This document shows positions 1 through 10,153 of a stretch of 64,000 nucleotides of DNA, piece by piece. Source of the stretch: Leptospira sp. GTDB lineage: Bacteria; Spirochaetota; Leptospiria; Leptospirales; Leptospiraceae. The first letter of the stretch is position 1; each line of letters starts with the position of its first letter. Both the position numbers and the translations under genes were made by a program. The notes under the pieces are model-generated. The model was given only the letters and a program-made list of their open reading frames with translations. It was not told where the DNA came from and did not search any database. The stretch is from NCBI GenBank assembly GCA_034439575.1, contig JAWXAQ010000033.1:32001-96000 (forward strand), in the 5' to 3' direction.

Positions 1-199
1 TGATATTGCAGGGGGAATGTTAAAATCATATTTTTTTGGGATGATCATAGCTGCTATCGGCTGTTATAGAGGATTAAAAACCACAACTGGTGCGGGTGCC
101 GTGGGAGAGTCCACGACTGCGGCTGTTGTCGGATCCATCATTCTTGTTTCATTGTTAGATGGTGTGTTTTCAGTTTTATATTTTTATTTGGGAATATAA
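1..199 (+). CDS. mlaE: MlaE-family ABC permease, C-terminal part (5' end lies outside the window)
   Basis: KSYFFGMIIAAIGCYRGLKTTTGAGAVGESTTAAVVGSII matches the MlaE C-terminus; lies upstream of MlaF- and MlaD-like genes. Confidence 0.9.
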   Translation, partial: DIAGGMLKSYFFGMIIAAIGCYRGLKTTTGAGAVGESTTAAVVGSIILVSLLDGVFSVLYFYLGI

Positions 200-200
200 A

Positions 201-953
201 ATGTCAGATCCGATCATTAAAGTTGAACATCTTAAAACTGGATATGGCAACACTGTCATCATGGAAGACATTTCGTTTACTGTTAAGCGAGGTGAAATTT
301 TTGGCATCCTTGGTGGTTCTGGTTGTGGAAAGTCGACAGTTCTTAAGAATATGATAGGACTTACGGAACCTTTCAGTGGTAAAATTTGGATCGATGAAGA
401 TGATATCGTCAAAGCCGAAGGAAAAAACCGCCTACGCATATGGAATAAGATCGGTGTGATGTACCAACAAAGTGCTCTATTTGGATCTATGACATTACTT
501 GAAAATATCAAACTGCCTCTAGAAGAATTTACGAATCTCCCATTAGAAGCTATGAATGCCATTGCGAAGATGAAGCTGAAACTTGTAGGTCTAGAGGCGT
601 ATTCAGATTTGATGCCAGCAGAACTTTCTGGGGGTATGAAAAAAAGAGCCGCTATCGCTCGGGCAATGGCTATGGATCCTGAAATTTTATTTTTAGATGA
701 ACCATCCGCTGGCCTTGATCCGATTACAAGTGTAGATCTTGATCACTTAATCATTCGTTTGTCTAGATCCTTAGGTGTTACATTTGTCATTGTCACTCAT
801 GAATTGCCGTCTATCTTCACTATGGCGGATCGAGTGATTGTCCTTGATCGAGAAACCAAAGGTATCATCGCAGAAGGAAAACCCAAAGAACTCAAAGAAA
901 AGGGTAAGGGTTTTGTTCATAAATTTTTCAATCGTATACCACAGGAGGATTAA
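201..953 (+). CDS. mlaF: MlaF/Ttg2A-family ABC ATP-binding protein
   Basis: Walker A GGSGCGKS, signature LSGGMKKR, Walker B ILFLDEPSAGLDP; likely start is the ATG at 201, just after the mlaE stop. Confidence 0.9.
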   Translation: MSDPIIKVEHLKTGYGNTVIMEDISFTVKRGEIFGILGGSGCGKSTVLKNMIGLTEPFSGKIWIDEDDIVKAEGKNRLRIWNKIGVMYQQSALFGSMTLLENIKLPLEEFTNLPLEAMNAIAKMKLKLVGLEAYSDLMPAELSGGMKKRAAIARAMAMDPEILFLDEPSAGLDPITSVDLDHLIIRLSRSLGVTFVIVTHELPSIFTMADRVIVLDRETKGIIAEGKPKELKEKGKGFVHKFFNRIPQED

Positions 954-956
954 CGA

Positions 957-1904
957 ATGGGTTCAAACAATACGACATACTTTAAGGTAGGAATTTTTGT
1001 TCTTGCTACGTTTTTTGTTTTGATTGGATTTATTGTCACTTTTACAGCAAGTGCCTTATTCCAACGTTCTGTTAAATTAGAAACATACTTTGATGAGTCA
1101 GTGCAAGGTTTAGATATTGGTAGTCCTGTTAAACATCGAGGTGTAAAGGTTGGTTCTGTAGAATCGATTACATTTGTCCAGAATGAGTATGCCTCTTCTT
1201 TAAATTCTTCCGATAGCGAATTGTACGGACGTTATGTGGTGATCAAAATGTCTGTTCCCGAATTTATCAAAGGGGCTGATGATGACAATATCAAAAATAC
1301 TGTGGAACGAATGATTAAATCTGGTTTAAGGGTTAGGCTCGCCTCACAAGGATTAACTGGCACGGCTTACCTAGAAGTGGATTACCTAAATGCTGAAAAA
1401 AATCCTCCACTCTCTATCAGTTGGGAACCAAAAAGAATTTATATACCTTCTGCCCCGAGCACCATTTCACGATTTACTGCCTCTGTAGATAAATTTTTTG
1501 ATAAATTAGAAAAAGCAGATGTGGGTAAAATTTTAGAAAGCGTAGATGAATTGATCGCAAACTTAAATAATACGATCACACAAGCCAAGTTAGGGGATTT
1601 GTCAAGAGAAGGTACGGGACTTTTATCCGATCTTCGTAAAACAAACCAAGAAGTTAAAAACCTGATCGCACAACCCGAATTACAAAACACTCCTAAAAAA
1701 TTGGACCAAACGATCACTCAATTACAAACGACTATCAAAAGATTGGATACTATGTTATCCTCAAACCAAGGCGATATTAGCTCTGCGATTGAAAATTTAC
1801 GCATTGCTTCAGAAGATTTAAAGGAAGTAACCGCCAATGCAAAAAAATACCCTTCACAATTTATTTTTGGTGAAGCACCTAACAAATCGAAGCAGTGGAA
1901 ATAA
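957..1904 (+). CDS. mlaD: MlaD/MCE-family substrate-binding protein
   Basis: N-terminal TM helix, MCE motif ESVQGLDIGSPVKHRGVKVGSV, QGLTG motif, helical C-terminus. Confidence 0.9.
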   Translation: MGSNNTTYFKVGIFVLATFFVLIGFIVTFTASALFQRSVKLETYFDESVQGLDIGSPVKHRGVKVGSVESITFVQNEYASSLNSSDSELYGRYVVIKMSVPEFIKGADDDNIKNTVERMIKSGLRVRLASQGLTGTAYLEVDYLNAEKNPPLSISWEPKRIYIPSAPSTISRFTASVDKFFDKLEKADVGKILESVDELIANLNNTITQAKLGDLSREGTGLLSDLRKTNQEVKNLIAQPELQNTPKKLDQTITQLQTTIKRLDTMLSSNQGDISSAIENLRIASEDLKEVTANAKKYPSQFIFGEAPNKSKQWK

Positions 1905-1908
1905 AAGT

Positions 1909-2532
1909 ATGATTATCAAATTGTTAAATTATAAAAATTTTATTTTTGCCTTTATCGTTTTGTTTTTGGTGGGATGTTTAGGTGTCACAAAAACTTTCCC
2001 AGAAAAAAAATATTATTTGATAGAAGCAGAAAAAATTAATTCAGAATCACAAGCTCCTAAAGGATCTGCATTTAAAATTCGCAGGTTTTCCATCTCACAA
2101 AAATTTGAAGGCAAGGAATTCGTTTACCGTCAAGATAATGTTAACTTTGAATCCGATTTTTATAATTCATTTTTTATTTCTCCGACATCCAATTTGCGCG
2201 AAGAAATGACCAAAGGACTACTCGGAGCAAAATTATTTGAATGGGATGCCAATCAAAATACACGAATCGATCCAAGTCATTTTTTTGAAGTCACTATCTC
2301 CGAGTTATATGGTGATTTTCAAAATTCACCAAAAGCCTGTATGAGTATAGATGTATTTGTTTATATGGAAACTGGATTGAATACAAATACGATCTTGAAA
2401 AAGTCTTATCACCAAACAATTGATATTCAAAAAAAGGATGCAGGTAATTTAGTTGTTGGTTGGAACCAGGGTCTGACAAATATTCTGAAAGAATTGGAAA
2501 TTGATTTAAAAGGCAAAATTCTCATCAAATGA
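1909..2532 (+). CDS. PqiC-like ABC transport auxiliary lipoprotein
   Basis: Lipobox FLVGC; YYLI motif; position after the MCE gene; start probably the ATG at 1909 rather than 1837. Confidence 0.7.
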   Translation: MIIKLLNYKNFIFAFIVLFLVGCLGVTKTFPEKKYYLIEAEKINSESQAPKGSAFKIRRFSISQKFEGKEFVYRQDNVNFESDFYNSFFISPTSNLREEMTKGLLGAKLFEWDANQNTRIDPSHFFEVTISELYGDFQNSPKACMSIDVFVYMETGLNTNTILKKSYHQTIDIQKKDAGNLVVGWNQGLTNILKELEIDLKGKILIK

Positions 2533-2951
2533 AATTTTTACATACAATGATTCGTGTTTTGGATTTAGATAAGTCACTTGATTTTTTTGAAAAGACACTA
2601 GGGTTAACGATAACAAGGCGATCAGAACATCCAGAAGGAAAGTATACACTTGTTTTTCTTTCGACCGGTGAACCTGAAGCACCTGAAATTGAGCTTACCT
2701 ATAATTGGGATGAAAAAAATCCCTATTCGGTCGGTCGAAATTTTGGACATATCGCTTATGAAGTGGATAATATTTATGAAACATGCAAAAGGATATCATC
2801 GCGCGGGGTCATAATCAACAGGCCACCGAGAGATGGACGTATGGCTTTCATTCGCTCGCCTGATCATATCTCTATAGAATTATTACAAAGGGGAAAAGCA
2901 TTGCCTCCCGAGGAACCTTGGTTATCCGCTAAAAATATTGGCGAATGGTAA
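2529..2951 (+). CDS. gloA: Lactoylglutathione lyase (glyoxalase I, VOC family)
   Basis: [28 protein letters not shown] and FIRSPD motifs; ATGA overlap with the upstream gene. Confidence 0.9.
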   Translation: MKFLHTMIRVLDLDKSLDFFEKTLGLTITRRSEHPEGKYTLVFLSTGEPEAPEIELTYNWDEKNPYSVGRNFGHIAYEVDNIYETCKRISSRGVIINRPPRDGRMAFIRSPDHISIELLQRGKALPPEEPWLSAKNIGEW

Positions 2952-2961
2952 GTTTTATTAA

Positions 2962-4197
2962 GTGTTAAGACTCGCCATCATTGGAGCAGGAGCAAGCGGT
3001 TGTTTTGCGGCAATTAGGATCAAAGAATTATCTAATTCTGAAATTAAAGTTTCTATCTTTGAAAAATCAAAAGAACCTCTAGCAAAGTTAAAAATTTCTG
3101 GAGGAGGCAGGTGCAATGTCACTCATCATATATTTGACCCTGAACTTATGGCAAAACGGTATCCTAGAGGTGAAAAAGAATTGCGCTGGGCTTTGGAAGA
3201 ATTCCAAGCAAAGGACACTGTGGAATGGTTTGCAAATCATGGGGTCTTACTTAAAACGGAAGCTGATGGTCGTATGTTTCCTGTTACAGATGATTCTGGA
3301 ACTATCATTACTTGTTTTTTGGAATTAATTAAAAAACATAACATCAAACTTACCTTAGATAAGGGCGTTTCTTCTATTTATTATCATGAAGATCTTAAAG
3401 AGGGAAAATTTCGAATTTGTTTTGAAGATGGTAGTGAATTATTTTTTGATGCTTTGCTGATTGCCACAGGTTCAAACCGCAAGGTTTGGAATTGGATGGA
3501 AGCTCTCGGTCATACAATTGTACCGCCAGTGCCATCGCTCTTTACACTCGGTATCACTGGTTCTGATATCATAGAACTTTCGGGTTTGTCTGTGCCAGAT
3601 GCCCGTATCAAAATTTCACCAAAGGGAAAAACGCAAAGCGGACCATTACTGATTACACATTGGGGATTTAGTGGTCCTGCGGCATTACGGCTCTCGGCTT
3701 GGGATGCTCGCAGTTTATTCGATTTAAATTATAAAACAGAAATTGAAATCAATTGGTTAGGTGATAGAAACATACAAGAATTAGAAGAAATTTTTCAAGA
3801 ATGGAAAATTCAGTTTAAAACGGTAAAAATACAAAACCAAAAATTTCCAGAAATTCCAGGCAGACTTTGGAATTGGTTTTTAACACAAATTAAAATTCCC
3901 GAAGATAAACGTTGGGTTGATATTTCCAAACAAGAAATCCGAAATTTAGCAGAAGTTTTGTGCAAAAACAAATTTCAAATGAATTCAAAAGGTATTTTTA
4001 AAGATGAATTTGTAACAGCAGGCGGGATTTCAAGAAAGGATATTAATTTTAAAAAAATGGAAAGTAAAATTATCCCCAATCTTTTTTTTACGGGAGAAGT
4101 CATCGATGTAGACGGAATCACAGGTGGCTTTAATTTCCAAAATGCTTGGACGACGGCTACAATCGCCGCCAAACATATTGTTAGTCTGGCTATTTGA
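2962..4197 (+). CDS. HI0933/YhiN/BaiN-family flavoprotein oxidoreductase
   Basis: IIGAGASG, KISGGGRCNVT, LLITHWGFSGPA, VTAGG, GEVIDVDGITGGFNFQNAW. Confidence 0.92.
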   Translation: MLRLAIIGAGASGCFAAIRIKELSNSEIKVSIFEKSKEPLAKLKISGGGRCNVTHHIFDPELMAKRYPRGEKELRWALEEFQAKDTVEWFANHGVLLKTEADGRMFPVTDDSGTIITCFLELIKKHNIKLTLDKGVSSIYYHEDLKEGKFRICFEDGSELFFDALLIATGSNRKVWNWMEALGHTIVPPVPSLFTLGITGSDIIELSGLSVPDARIKISPKGKTQSGPLLITHWGFSGPAALRLSAWDARSLFDLNYKTEIEINWLGDRNIQELEEIFQEWKIQFKTVKIQNQKFPEIPGRLWNWFLTQIKIPEDKRWVDISKQEIRNLAEVLCKNKFQMNSKGIFKDEFVTAGGISRKDINFKKMESKIIPNLFFTGEVIDVDGITGGFNFQNAWTTATIAAKHIVSLAI

Positions 4198-5626
4198 TTT
4201 TATGGATTTGGATAAAATCAACAGTTTGGGCAACCGAACCCGGAGCCCCCGAAAGTATCACAACCTGGTCTCCTGTTTTTAATTTTCCTTCTGCTTTCAA
4301 TACCTTGCTCATAAAAGCAATCATATCCGGAAACTTGTCCATCACAGGCATTACATAAGGTTGAACACCCCAATATAATTTCATTTTGCGTGATGTGCCA
4401 AGAAATGGTGTGAAAGAAAAAATTGGTTTTAAAGGACGAAATTCAGAAGAGAGTAAGGAAGAATATCCCGATCTTGTGAAGTTTATGATAGCTTGTGCAT
4501 TGATCGAACGGGCAATGCTTTCTGCTGCATAACCAAGAGCAGTTCTTTCTACCTCTATAACTGATCTATCCATATGCCTTAGATGAATCAAATGGATATG
4601 TGATTCTTCTGCGGCTTGAATGATCTTTGTCATCGTGTCGACAGCTTCCACTGGGAATTTCCCAGAAGCAGTTTCACCGGATAACATCACAGCATCCGTG
4701 CCATCCATTACGGCATTGGCAACATCACTTGCTTCTGCTCTCGTAGGTCTAGGATTGTCGATCATAGTCTCTAACATTTGTGTGGCGGTGATGACTGGTT
4801 TACCTCTTTGGTTAAGTTTGGTGATCATTTCTTTTTGAATGATAGGTACAAACTGAGTGTCTAATTCTACACCAAGATCACCTCGTGCAATCATCACCCC
4901 ATCACAGGCATCTATAATCTCATCAATATTTTGGATGGCCTCTGGACGTTCAATCTTTGCAATGAGTCCAGCAAAACTTTCTTTCATAAATTGGCGCGCA
5001 TATTCTAAATCAGCAGCTCGCCTTACAAACGATAATGCAATGTAGTCAACACCAAGTCCTAGTGCAAATTGTAAATCTTCGATATCTTTTTCAGAAAGTG
5101 CGGGAGCCGATATAGGAGTACCTGGAAGATTAATCCCTTTGTTGTCTTTTAAGATGCCACCAATCACAGTTTCGAGGACTGCTTTTTCTTTGGTTTTTGA
5201 TTTCACGATAAAAGAAAGTTTACCGTCATCTATGAGAAGTTTGTGGCCCACTTCTATATCATTTAAAATATATTGGTAAGTGCATCCGACTTCCTCTTGG
5301 GTGCCTTGGAAATCTGACTTATTATTGATCGCGATTAAATCTCCAGTTTTTAACTCAAAGGGCCCCGAAGCAAGTTTGCCTGTTCGAATTTTGGGACCTT
5401 GTAAGTCGGCAAGGATACCAATGGAGGTTCCTGCTTCTTGTTCACATTCCCGGATGAGCTCATACACTTTTTGGTGGTACTCGTGTGTGGAATGAGAGAA
5501 ATTCATTCGGGCCATATCCATCCCAGAATAGATTAAATTGAGTAAAGTTTCGCGATTTGCGGAAGTGGGGCCAATGGTACAAATAATTTTTGTGCGTTTT
5601 TGTGGGAGTTTTCTCTCTTCAGACAT
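4190..5626 (-). CDS. pyk: Pyruvate kinase
   Basis: TKIICTIGP, RMNFSH, DLQGPKIR, IAKIE, MIARGDLGVE, TATQMLETM, PTRAE, MLSGETA; likely start MSEERK at 5626. Confidence 0.97.
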   Translation of the reverse strand: MSEERKLPQKRTKIICTIGPTSANRETLLNLIYSGMDMARMNFSHSTHEYHQKVYELIRECEQEAGTSIGILADLQGPKIRTGKLASGPFELKTGDLIAINNKSDFQGTQEEVGCTYQYILNDIEVGHKLLIDDGKLSFIVKSKTKEKAVLETVIGGILKDNKGINLPGTPISAPALSEKDIEDLQFALGLGVDYIALSFVRRAADLEYARQFMKESFAGLIAKIERPEAIQNIDEIIDACDGVMIARGDLGVELDTQFVPIIQKEMITKLNQRGKPVITATQMLETMIDNPRPTRAEASDVANAVMDGTDAVMLSGETASGKFPVEAVDTMTKIIQAAEESHIHLIHLRHMDRSVIEVERTALGYAAESIARSINAQAIINFTRSGYSSLLSSEFRPLKPIFSFTPFLGTSRKMKLYWGVQPYVMPVMDKFPDMIAFMSKVLKAEGKLKTGDQVVILSGAPGSVAQTVDFIQIHKIK

Positions 5627-5712
5627 GCACCGAATAGTACACTTTTTTTTTGTTCCTGCAAGCAATTTGCTCGGATTGGTTGACTAGAAATTTTTTTCGA
5701 ATCAGGATTTGG

Positions 5713-6615
5713 ATGATGGGCTCTAAAGATTTAGTCTTAATTTATCATTCTCTATACAACCTGGATCTGCCAGGTCATGTGTTCCCGGCACACAAGTATT
5801 CTCACCTTTACAATCGGATCAAACGTGATCCTGTTTTTGCAAAATGGGATGTATTGCTTCCGGAAAGAGCTCTTGATCATGATTTGGAACTTGTACACTC
5901 AAAAGAATACTTAGATGATTTGTTTGGTTATGAACACACTCCTAGGACAATGTATTCTGAGTTACCTTTAAACCGAAATATTGTAACTAGCTTCTGTTAT
6001 GGTGTAGGCGGGACGGTTATGGCTATGGAACTCACCGCCAAACATCAATTTGCTTTTAATTTAGGAGGAGGTTATCATCATAGTTTTCCTGATAGAGCAG
6101 AGGGATTTTGTTATTTAAATGACATAGCCATTGCAATAAGAAAGGCAAAAGAGACATCACCTGACCACAAAGCACTTGTCATAGACTTAGATTTACATCA
6201 AGGCAATGGAAATTCATATATTTTTCAATATGATGACAAAGTTTTCACATTCTCTATGCACCAAGGTAATATTTATCCCAAAAAGGAAAATTCGAATTTA
6301 GATGTTCATTTAGAACCAGGCATAAAAGATGATCAATATCTAACATTACTTAGGGACTCTCTGGAAAAAATTCAAAGTCAATTTGATCCTGATATAGTTT
6401 ATTATCTAGCCGGAGCTGATCCTTATGAAGATGATTCTTTAGGTGAGTTAAAGGTCAGTATGAAAGGATTAAAAGAAAGAGACCGTATGGTCCAAACCTT
6501 TTGCAAAAATAAAAACATTCCATGTGTGATAACATTAGCTGGTGGTTATGCGAGAGATTTTCGCGACACTGTTGAAATACATTTTAATACAATTGCCGCC
6601 TTTGGAGAAAACTAA
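5713..6615 (+). CDS. Zn-dependent histone-deacetylase family protein (AcuC/HDAC-like)
   Basis: GGGYHHS, GFCYLNDIA, IDLDLHQGNG, TFSMH, AGADP, LAGGY; start probably the ATG at 5713 or 5716. Confidence 0.93.
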   Translation: MMGSKDLVLIYHSLYNLDLPGHVFPAHKYSHLYNRIKRDPVFAKWDVLLPERALDHDLELVHSKEYLDDLFGYEHTPRTMYSELPLNRNIVTSFCYGVGGTVMAMELTAKHQFAFNLGGGYHHSFPDRAEGFCYLNDIAIAIRKAKETSPDHKALVIDLDLHQGNGNSYIFQYDDKVFTFSMHQGNIYPKKENSNLDVHLEPGIKDDQYLTLLRDSLEKIQSQFDPDIVYYLAGADPYEDDSLGELKVSMKGLKERDRMVQTFCKNKNIPCVITLAGGYARDFRDTVEIHFNTIAAFGEN

Positions 6616-7436
6616 TGGGAGTGTTTTCATCTACAGACAAAAAAAAAGGAGATATTGATTGGCTTAATTTAGATGAACTTGCATTAGTTGATGTCTCCAG
6701 AGAATTAAACACCTCCTTAAACATGGAGCCACGACTCTTTAATCGTTTTAGAAAAGATGAAGTCGAAGAATTGCTTAACGAAGCAGGGCTCTTAAAAGCA
6801 GTACAATCTAGAGGATTTCCAAATTCAGAACTTTCTATCGAAGTATTAAATGATTATGATAATCGAGTATACATAAAAACCAAAAAAGGAAAAATCCTCA
6901 TTCATATGCGCCTCAAGGTTTCGCAGTTTCAATTAAAAGGCGATGATGAAAAATTTCCAATGGTATATATAGATTGGTTACTCACCCAAAATTTAAATTT
7001 TTCTCAAGATAAACTAAAGAAAGAACTCTATTTCGGACAAGAATATCCTGGCCTCAATGTATTCACCGAAATCACTACATTTATTAGAATATTAGCAAAA
7101 AAGTTGGGATCTTCTGGAGCATTTAATGTTCCTGAATACTTTCACGATGCAGTCTTATTTGCTCGAAGGTTTCGATTTATTGATCCTGAGAAGGAAGGAA
7201 TGTTTCGTGCTTTAATCAAATCGTTTCGTGGAGTCAATTTGCGTATACTTTCTGCACAAATTCACAAAAACAAAGTTTGTTTTGATTCTGGAGAACATTA
7301 TGAATGGAAATATGGTGAAATGATCTCTTGCACTGATGCTTATTTAGAAAAGAAGGTTTTCCATGATGGCTATTTCAAAAGAGTGGAGGAAATTAAGCAA
7401 AAATTAAAATTTAGGCTTCGAGATTCTAATGAATAA
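6615..7436 (+). CDS. Hypothetical protein coupled to the deacetylase; possible GNAT-like fold
   Basis: 273-aa ORF, TAATG overlap with the HDAC stop; motifs YIDWLLTQN, GQEYPGL, NVPEYFH. Confidence 0.75.
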   Translation: MGVFSSTDKKKGDIDWLNLDELALVDVSRELNTSLNMEPRLFNRFRKDEVEELLNEAGLLKAVQSRGFPNSELSIEVLNDYDNRVYIKTKKGKILIHMRLKVSQFQLKGDDEKFPMVYIDWLLTQNLNFSQDKLKKELYFGQEYPGLNVFTEITTFIRILAKKLGSSGAFNVPEYFHDAVLFARRFRFIDPEKEGMFRALIKSFRGVNLRILSAQIHKNKVCFDSGEHYEWKYGEMISCTDAYLEKKVFHDGYFKRVEEIKQKLKFRLRDSNE

Positions 7437-7449
7437 AGCGAATTAAACA

Positions 7450-8562
7450 ATGGTAGATTATTCTTTTAAACCTGAAATATTGATAATAGATGATGATTCT
7501 GAAATTTGTGAAACATTAGAATTATTGATTAATGGAATAGGTTTTTATGTGCGTTACTTTACAAATCCTGCGCAAGGCCTGGAATATTTTGAAAGGGAAC
7601 TGAACCCTATTGTATTTTTAGACGTTAACATGCCTTTGATGTCTGGCTTGGAAGTATTACCAAAAATCAAAGCCTTAGATACAAAAACACAAGTCTTGAT
7701 GATGACAGGTGAAAGAGACATTCAAACGGTTGTTTCTTCTTTATATCACCGTGCTACTGATTTTATTCTAAAACCTTTCGATATGAAATCCGTAGAAAGT
7801 GCTATTGCACGATCAATTGAATATTATAATTTTCTAAAAGATAAAGAATCGCAAGAAGAGGCTCTGACTCGTGATTTACGATTAGCTGCTCGGATCCAAT
7901 CAAAATCCATGGCACTTCCGAAATTGAAGAATCGTATATTCGCAGATGTTTTGCCTGTAAGTTTTGTATCTGGTGATTTTTATCAGGCACTTGCTGTTGA
8001 TGATGACAAAACTTTGATTTTGATGGGTGATATTGAAGGTCATGGTGTGACTTCTGGTTTGATAGCCATACTTATGACGACTGTTCACAAAGAAATCGCC
8101 AAAACACAAACAGCCGCACCTGGAAGTTTACTTACTCGATTAAATCTGGAATTATGCCGTGAAATCGGAACACACAGTATGACGGCTATTAGTTTACTCG
8201 TAGATCATAAAAATAAAAAAATTACCTATGCTCGCGGTGGACACCCTTTCCCAATCTTATTCAAAAAAGATTCTGTCGAAATAGAAATTTTACAAGAAAA
8301 TTCTGGCCAAATTCTAGGCATTCTGGATGGGATTCAGTTTTCTGAAAAAGAAATTAAATTTGATACTGGTGATATACTTTTAGTCTATTCTGATGGTTTA
8401 CTCGGTTCCACCTCACATCCGCTTGTTCAAACTCTTTCTCATTTGCCAATTGGTGTTCAAAGAATAGATAACATGAAAACTGAAATTTCAAATTTTATTG
8501 AGTATTTAAAATCATCGGCTAAAGTTCAAGATGACATAGCTTATTTGCTTCTAGAGATTTAA
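7450..8562 (+). CDS. Response regulator fused to a SpoIIE/PP2C phosphatase (RsbU-like)
   Basis: REC: IIDDD, FLDVNMP, KP; PP2C: SGDFY, GDIEGHG, GGHP, YSDGL, DD. Confidence 0.9.
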   Translation: MVDYSFKPEILIIDDDSEICETLELLINGIGFYVRYFTNPAQGLEYFERELNPIVFLDVNMPLMSGLEVLPKIKALDTKTQVLMMTGERDIQTVVSSLYHRATDFILKPFDMKSVESAIARSIEYYNFLKDKESQEEALTRDLRLAARIQSKSMALPKLKNRIFADVLPVSFVSGDFYQALAVDDDKTLILMGDIEGHGVTSGLIAILMTTVHKEIAKTQTAAPGSLLTRLNLELCREIGTHSMTAISLLVDHKNKKITYARGGHPFPILFKKDSVEIEILQENSGQILGILDGIQFSEKEIKFDTGDILLVYSDGLLGSTSHPLVQTLSHLPIGVQRIDNMKTEISNFIEYLKSSAKVQDDIAYLLLEI

Positions 8563-10153
8563 TATAAAAAGTATTTCCTTTTGTGGCTTCGGCCAAAAAT
8601 TCTTTAATCCAAATTTTATCTTTTAATTTGCCTGAGGCAGTTTCAGATCGAAAAAGGTTTCGAAGCCGTATCAATTCAGTTATTAAATTCTGTTTGGCGG
8701 GAAATTCGCACATACGTTCTGATATTTTTTTTGCCTTATAAAGAAAAAAATCAGTTTTAGCATAAAACTTTTTATCTGATTTTGGTAAACTTTCAATAAG
8801 AGTTTTATTTTCAGAAACATATTCGAATACAAGGGCTTGGGTTAATTTAATTAATTTTTCATTTTGTATATTTTCTTTAGAAAGTTCTCTAGCTTGTAAT
8901 ATTTGCAAGGTGAGAGAAAAGCAAACCAAAGGTAATAATTGTAATCGCAATTCGGGGATGTGAGCTAACAGAAGATAGGCTATGTATGCCAAAGGAATCC
9001 AATAAAATCCTATCATATCCCAATCTGCAGGAAAACCTAACATCGGATTAATGAAAAATCCATTGCAAAAAAATGCTAAGGCAGATGCGATCAAAAATCT
9101 GTTTTCTTTTTTCTGTAAAATGAATTTAAACTTTTCTTTATAAAAAATAAATGCAAATGGAATAAGAAATATGGCAATTTTAGAATTCCACCATAGTACT
9201 GAAAAAATTTCTTGTAGATGATTGATGGATATTAATCTTTTCCAAGGATAAATGGGCGGATGGAGTAAATGACTACTTTGTCTATCTAGATTTGGATCAT
9301 GTAGAAAGAGTAAATAGGAAAATCCCAATAGTAACAATCCTCCACCGATAGCGCTACAAATTAGAAAATGTTTTAGTTTATCCAATTTATCTGAAAATTC
9401 ATACCAAAGATAAAAAAGTGCAATGGCTAAAAAACCTGAGACTAAATGAAAGTAAATTCCTACTGTGACGAGTAAGGTGGCACCAATTAATAAATATGTG
9501 GAAGATTTTTCATTTATGATCCAATAACGAATCAAAAATAAAATGAAAAATAAATATAAACTGAGTATGCTATAATTCTCTGCATAACCAAAAAATACGA
9601 GAAAACCTCCTGATCCTAAAAAAAGTAAACTTGGATACAGTTCCGTCTTATCCGATTTTTCATTCTTTAATTTCCAGCCAGTCAGAGTTATAAATAACGC
9701 TCCTGTTACAAAAGATACGATCTGATAAGAATAACGATTGTCGGACGAAAACCCAAAAAATGATAACAAGTGATAAACTAAGCTATGTGCTGAAGTTTCA
9801 AAGATTTCATCCATGGCAATTTGTAATCCAAATAAATTCGTTTCCAGTAGATTTGTTTCTAATAATAAGATGCCATCACCCCAATTTAAATTGCGAATGG
9901 GGAAAGCTAACATCGAAAGAAAAAATAGTAACAAAAACCAAACTTTGTTTTTTTCTAAAATCGATTCAGAAAAATTCATACTATTGGAAAGAGCTTTGTT
10001 GAATTTTAATACTAAAAATTGAAAAACTAAAAAGAAGACGGAAAGGTAAATCATTTCATTCTTTTCTAAAATGACAAACCATGGTTTTTGCGGAAGCAGG
10101 GCAAAAAGTATAGTAAATAGAAAGGGTAGACTAAGAAATATAAATTGTTTCAT
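8519..10153 (-). CDS. Polytopic membrane protein, possible GT-C (PMT/ArnT-like) glycosyltransferase
   Basis: About 11-13 hydrophobic segments, loop motifs WGDG, FFGYAENYS and DWD, soluble C-terminal domain; ATGA overlap with the upstream gene. Confidence 0.6.
   Translation of the reverse strand: MKQFIFLSLPFLFTILFALLPQKPWFVILEKNEMIYLSVFFLVFQFLVLKFNKALSNSMNFSESILEKNKVWFLLLFFLSMLAFPIRNLNWGDGILLLETNLLETNLFGLQIAMDEIFETSAHSLVYHLLSFFGFSSDNRYSYQIVSFVTGALFITLTGWKLKNEKSDKTELYPSLLFLGSGGFLVFFGYAENYSILSLYLFFILFLIRYWIINEKSSTYLLIGATLLVTVGIYFHLVSGFLAIALFYLWYEFSDKLDKLKHFLICSAIGGGLLLLGFSYLLFLHDPNLDRQSSHLLHPPIYPWKRLISINHLQEIFSVLWWNSKIAIFLIPFAFIFYKEKFKFILQKKENRFLIASALAFFCNGFFINPMLGFPADWDMIGFYWIPLAYIAYLLLAHIPELRLQLLPLVCFSLTLQILQARELSKENIQNEKLIKLTQALVFEYVSENKTLIESLPKSDKKFYAKTDFFLYKAKKISERMCEFPAKQNLITELIRLRNLFRSETASGKLKDKIWIKEFLAEATKGNTFYIKSLEANKLCHLEL

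Noticed and set aside
5650..5712. Head-to-head overlap of the pyk and HDAC ORFs in the ORF track
   Set aside because: This is an artefact of longest-ORF calling; the more plausible starts are 5626 and 5713/5716.
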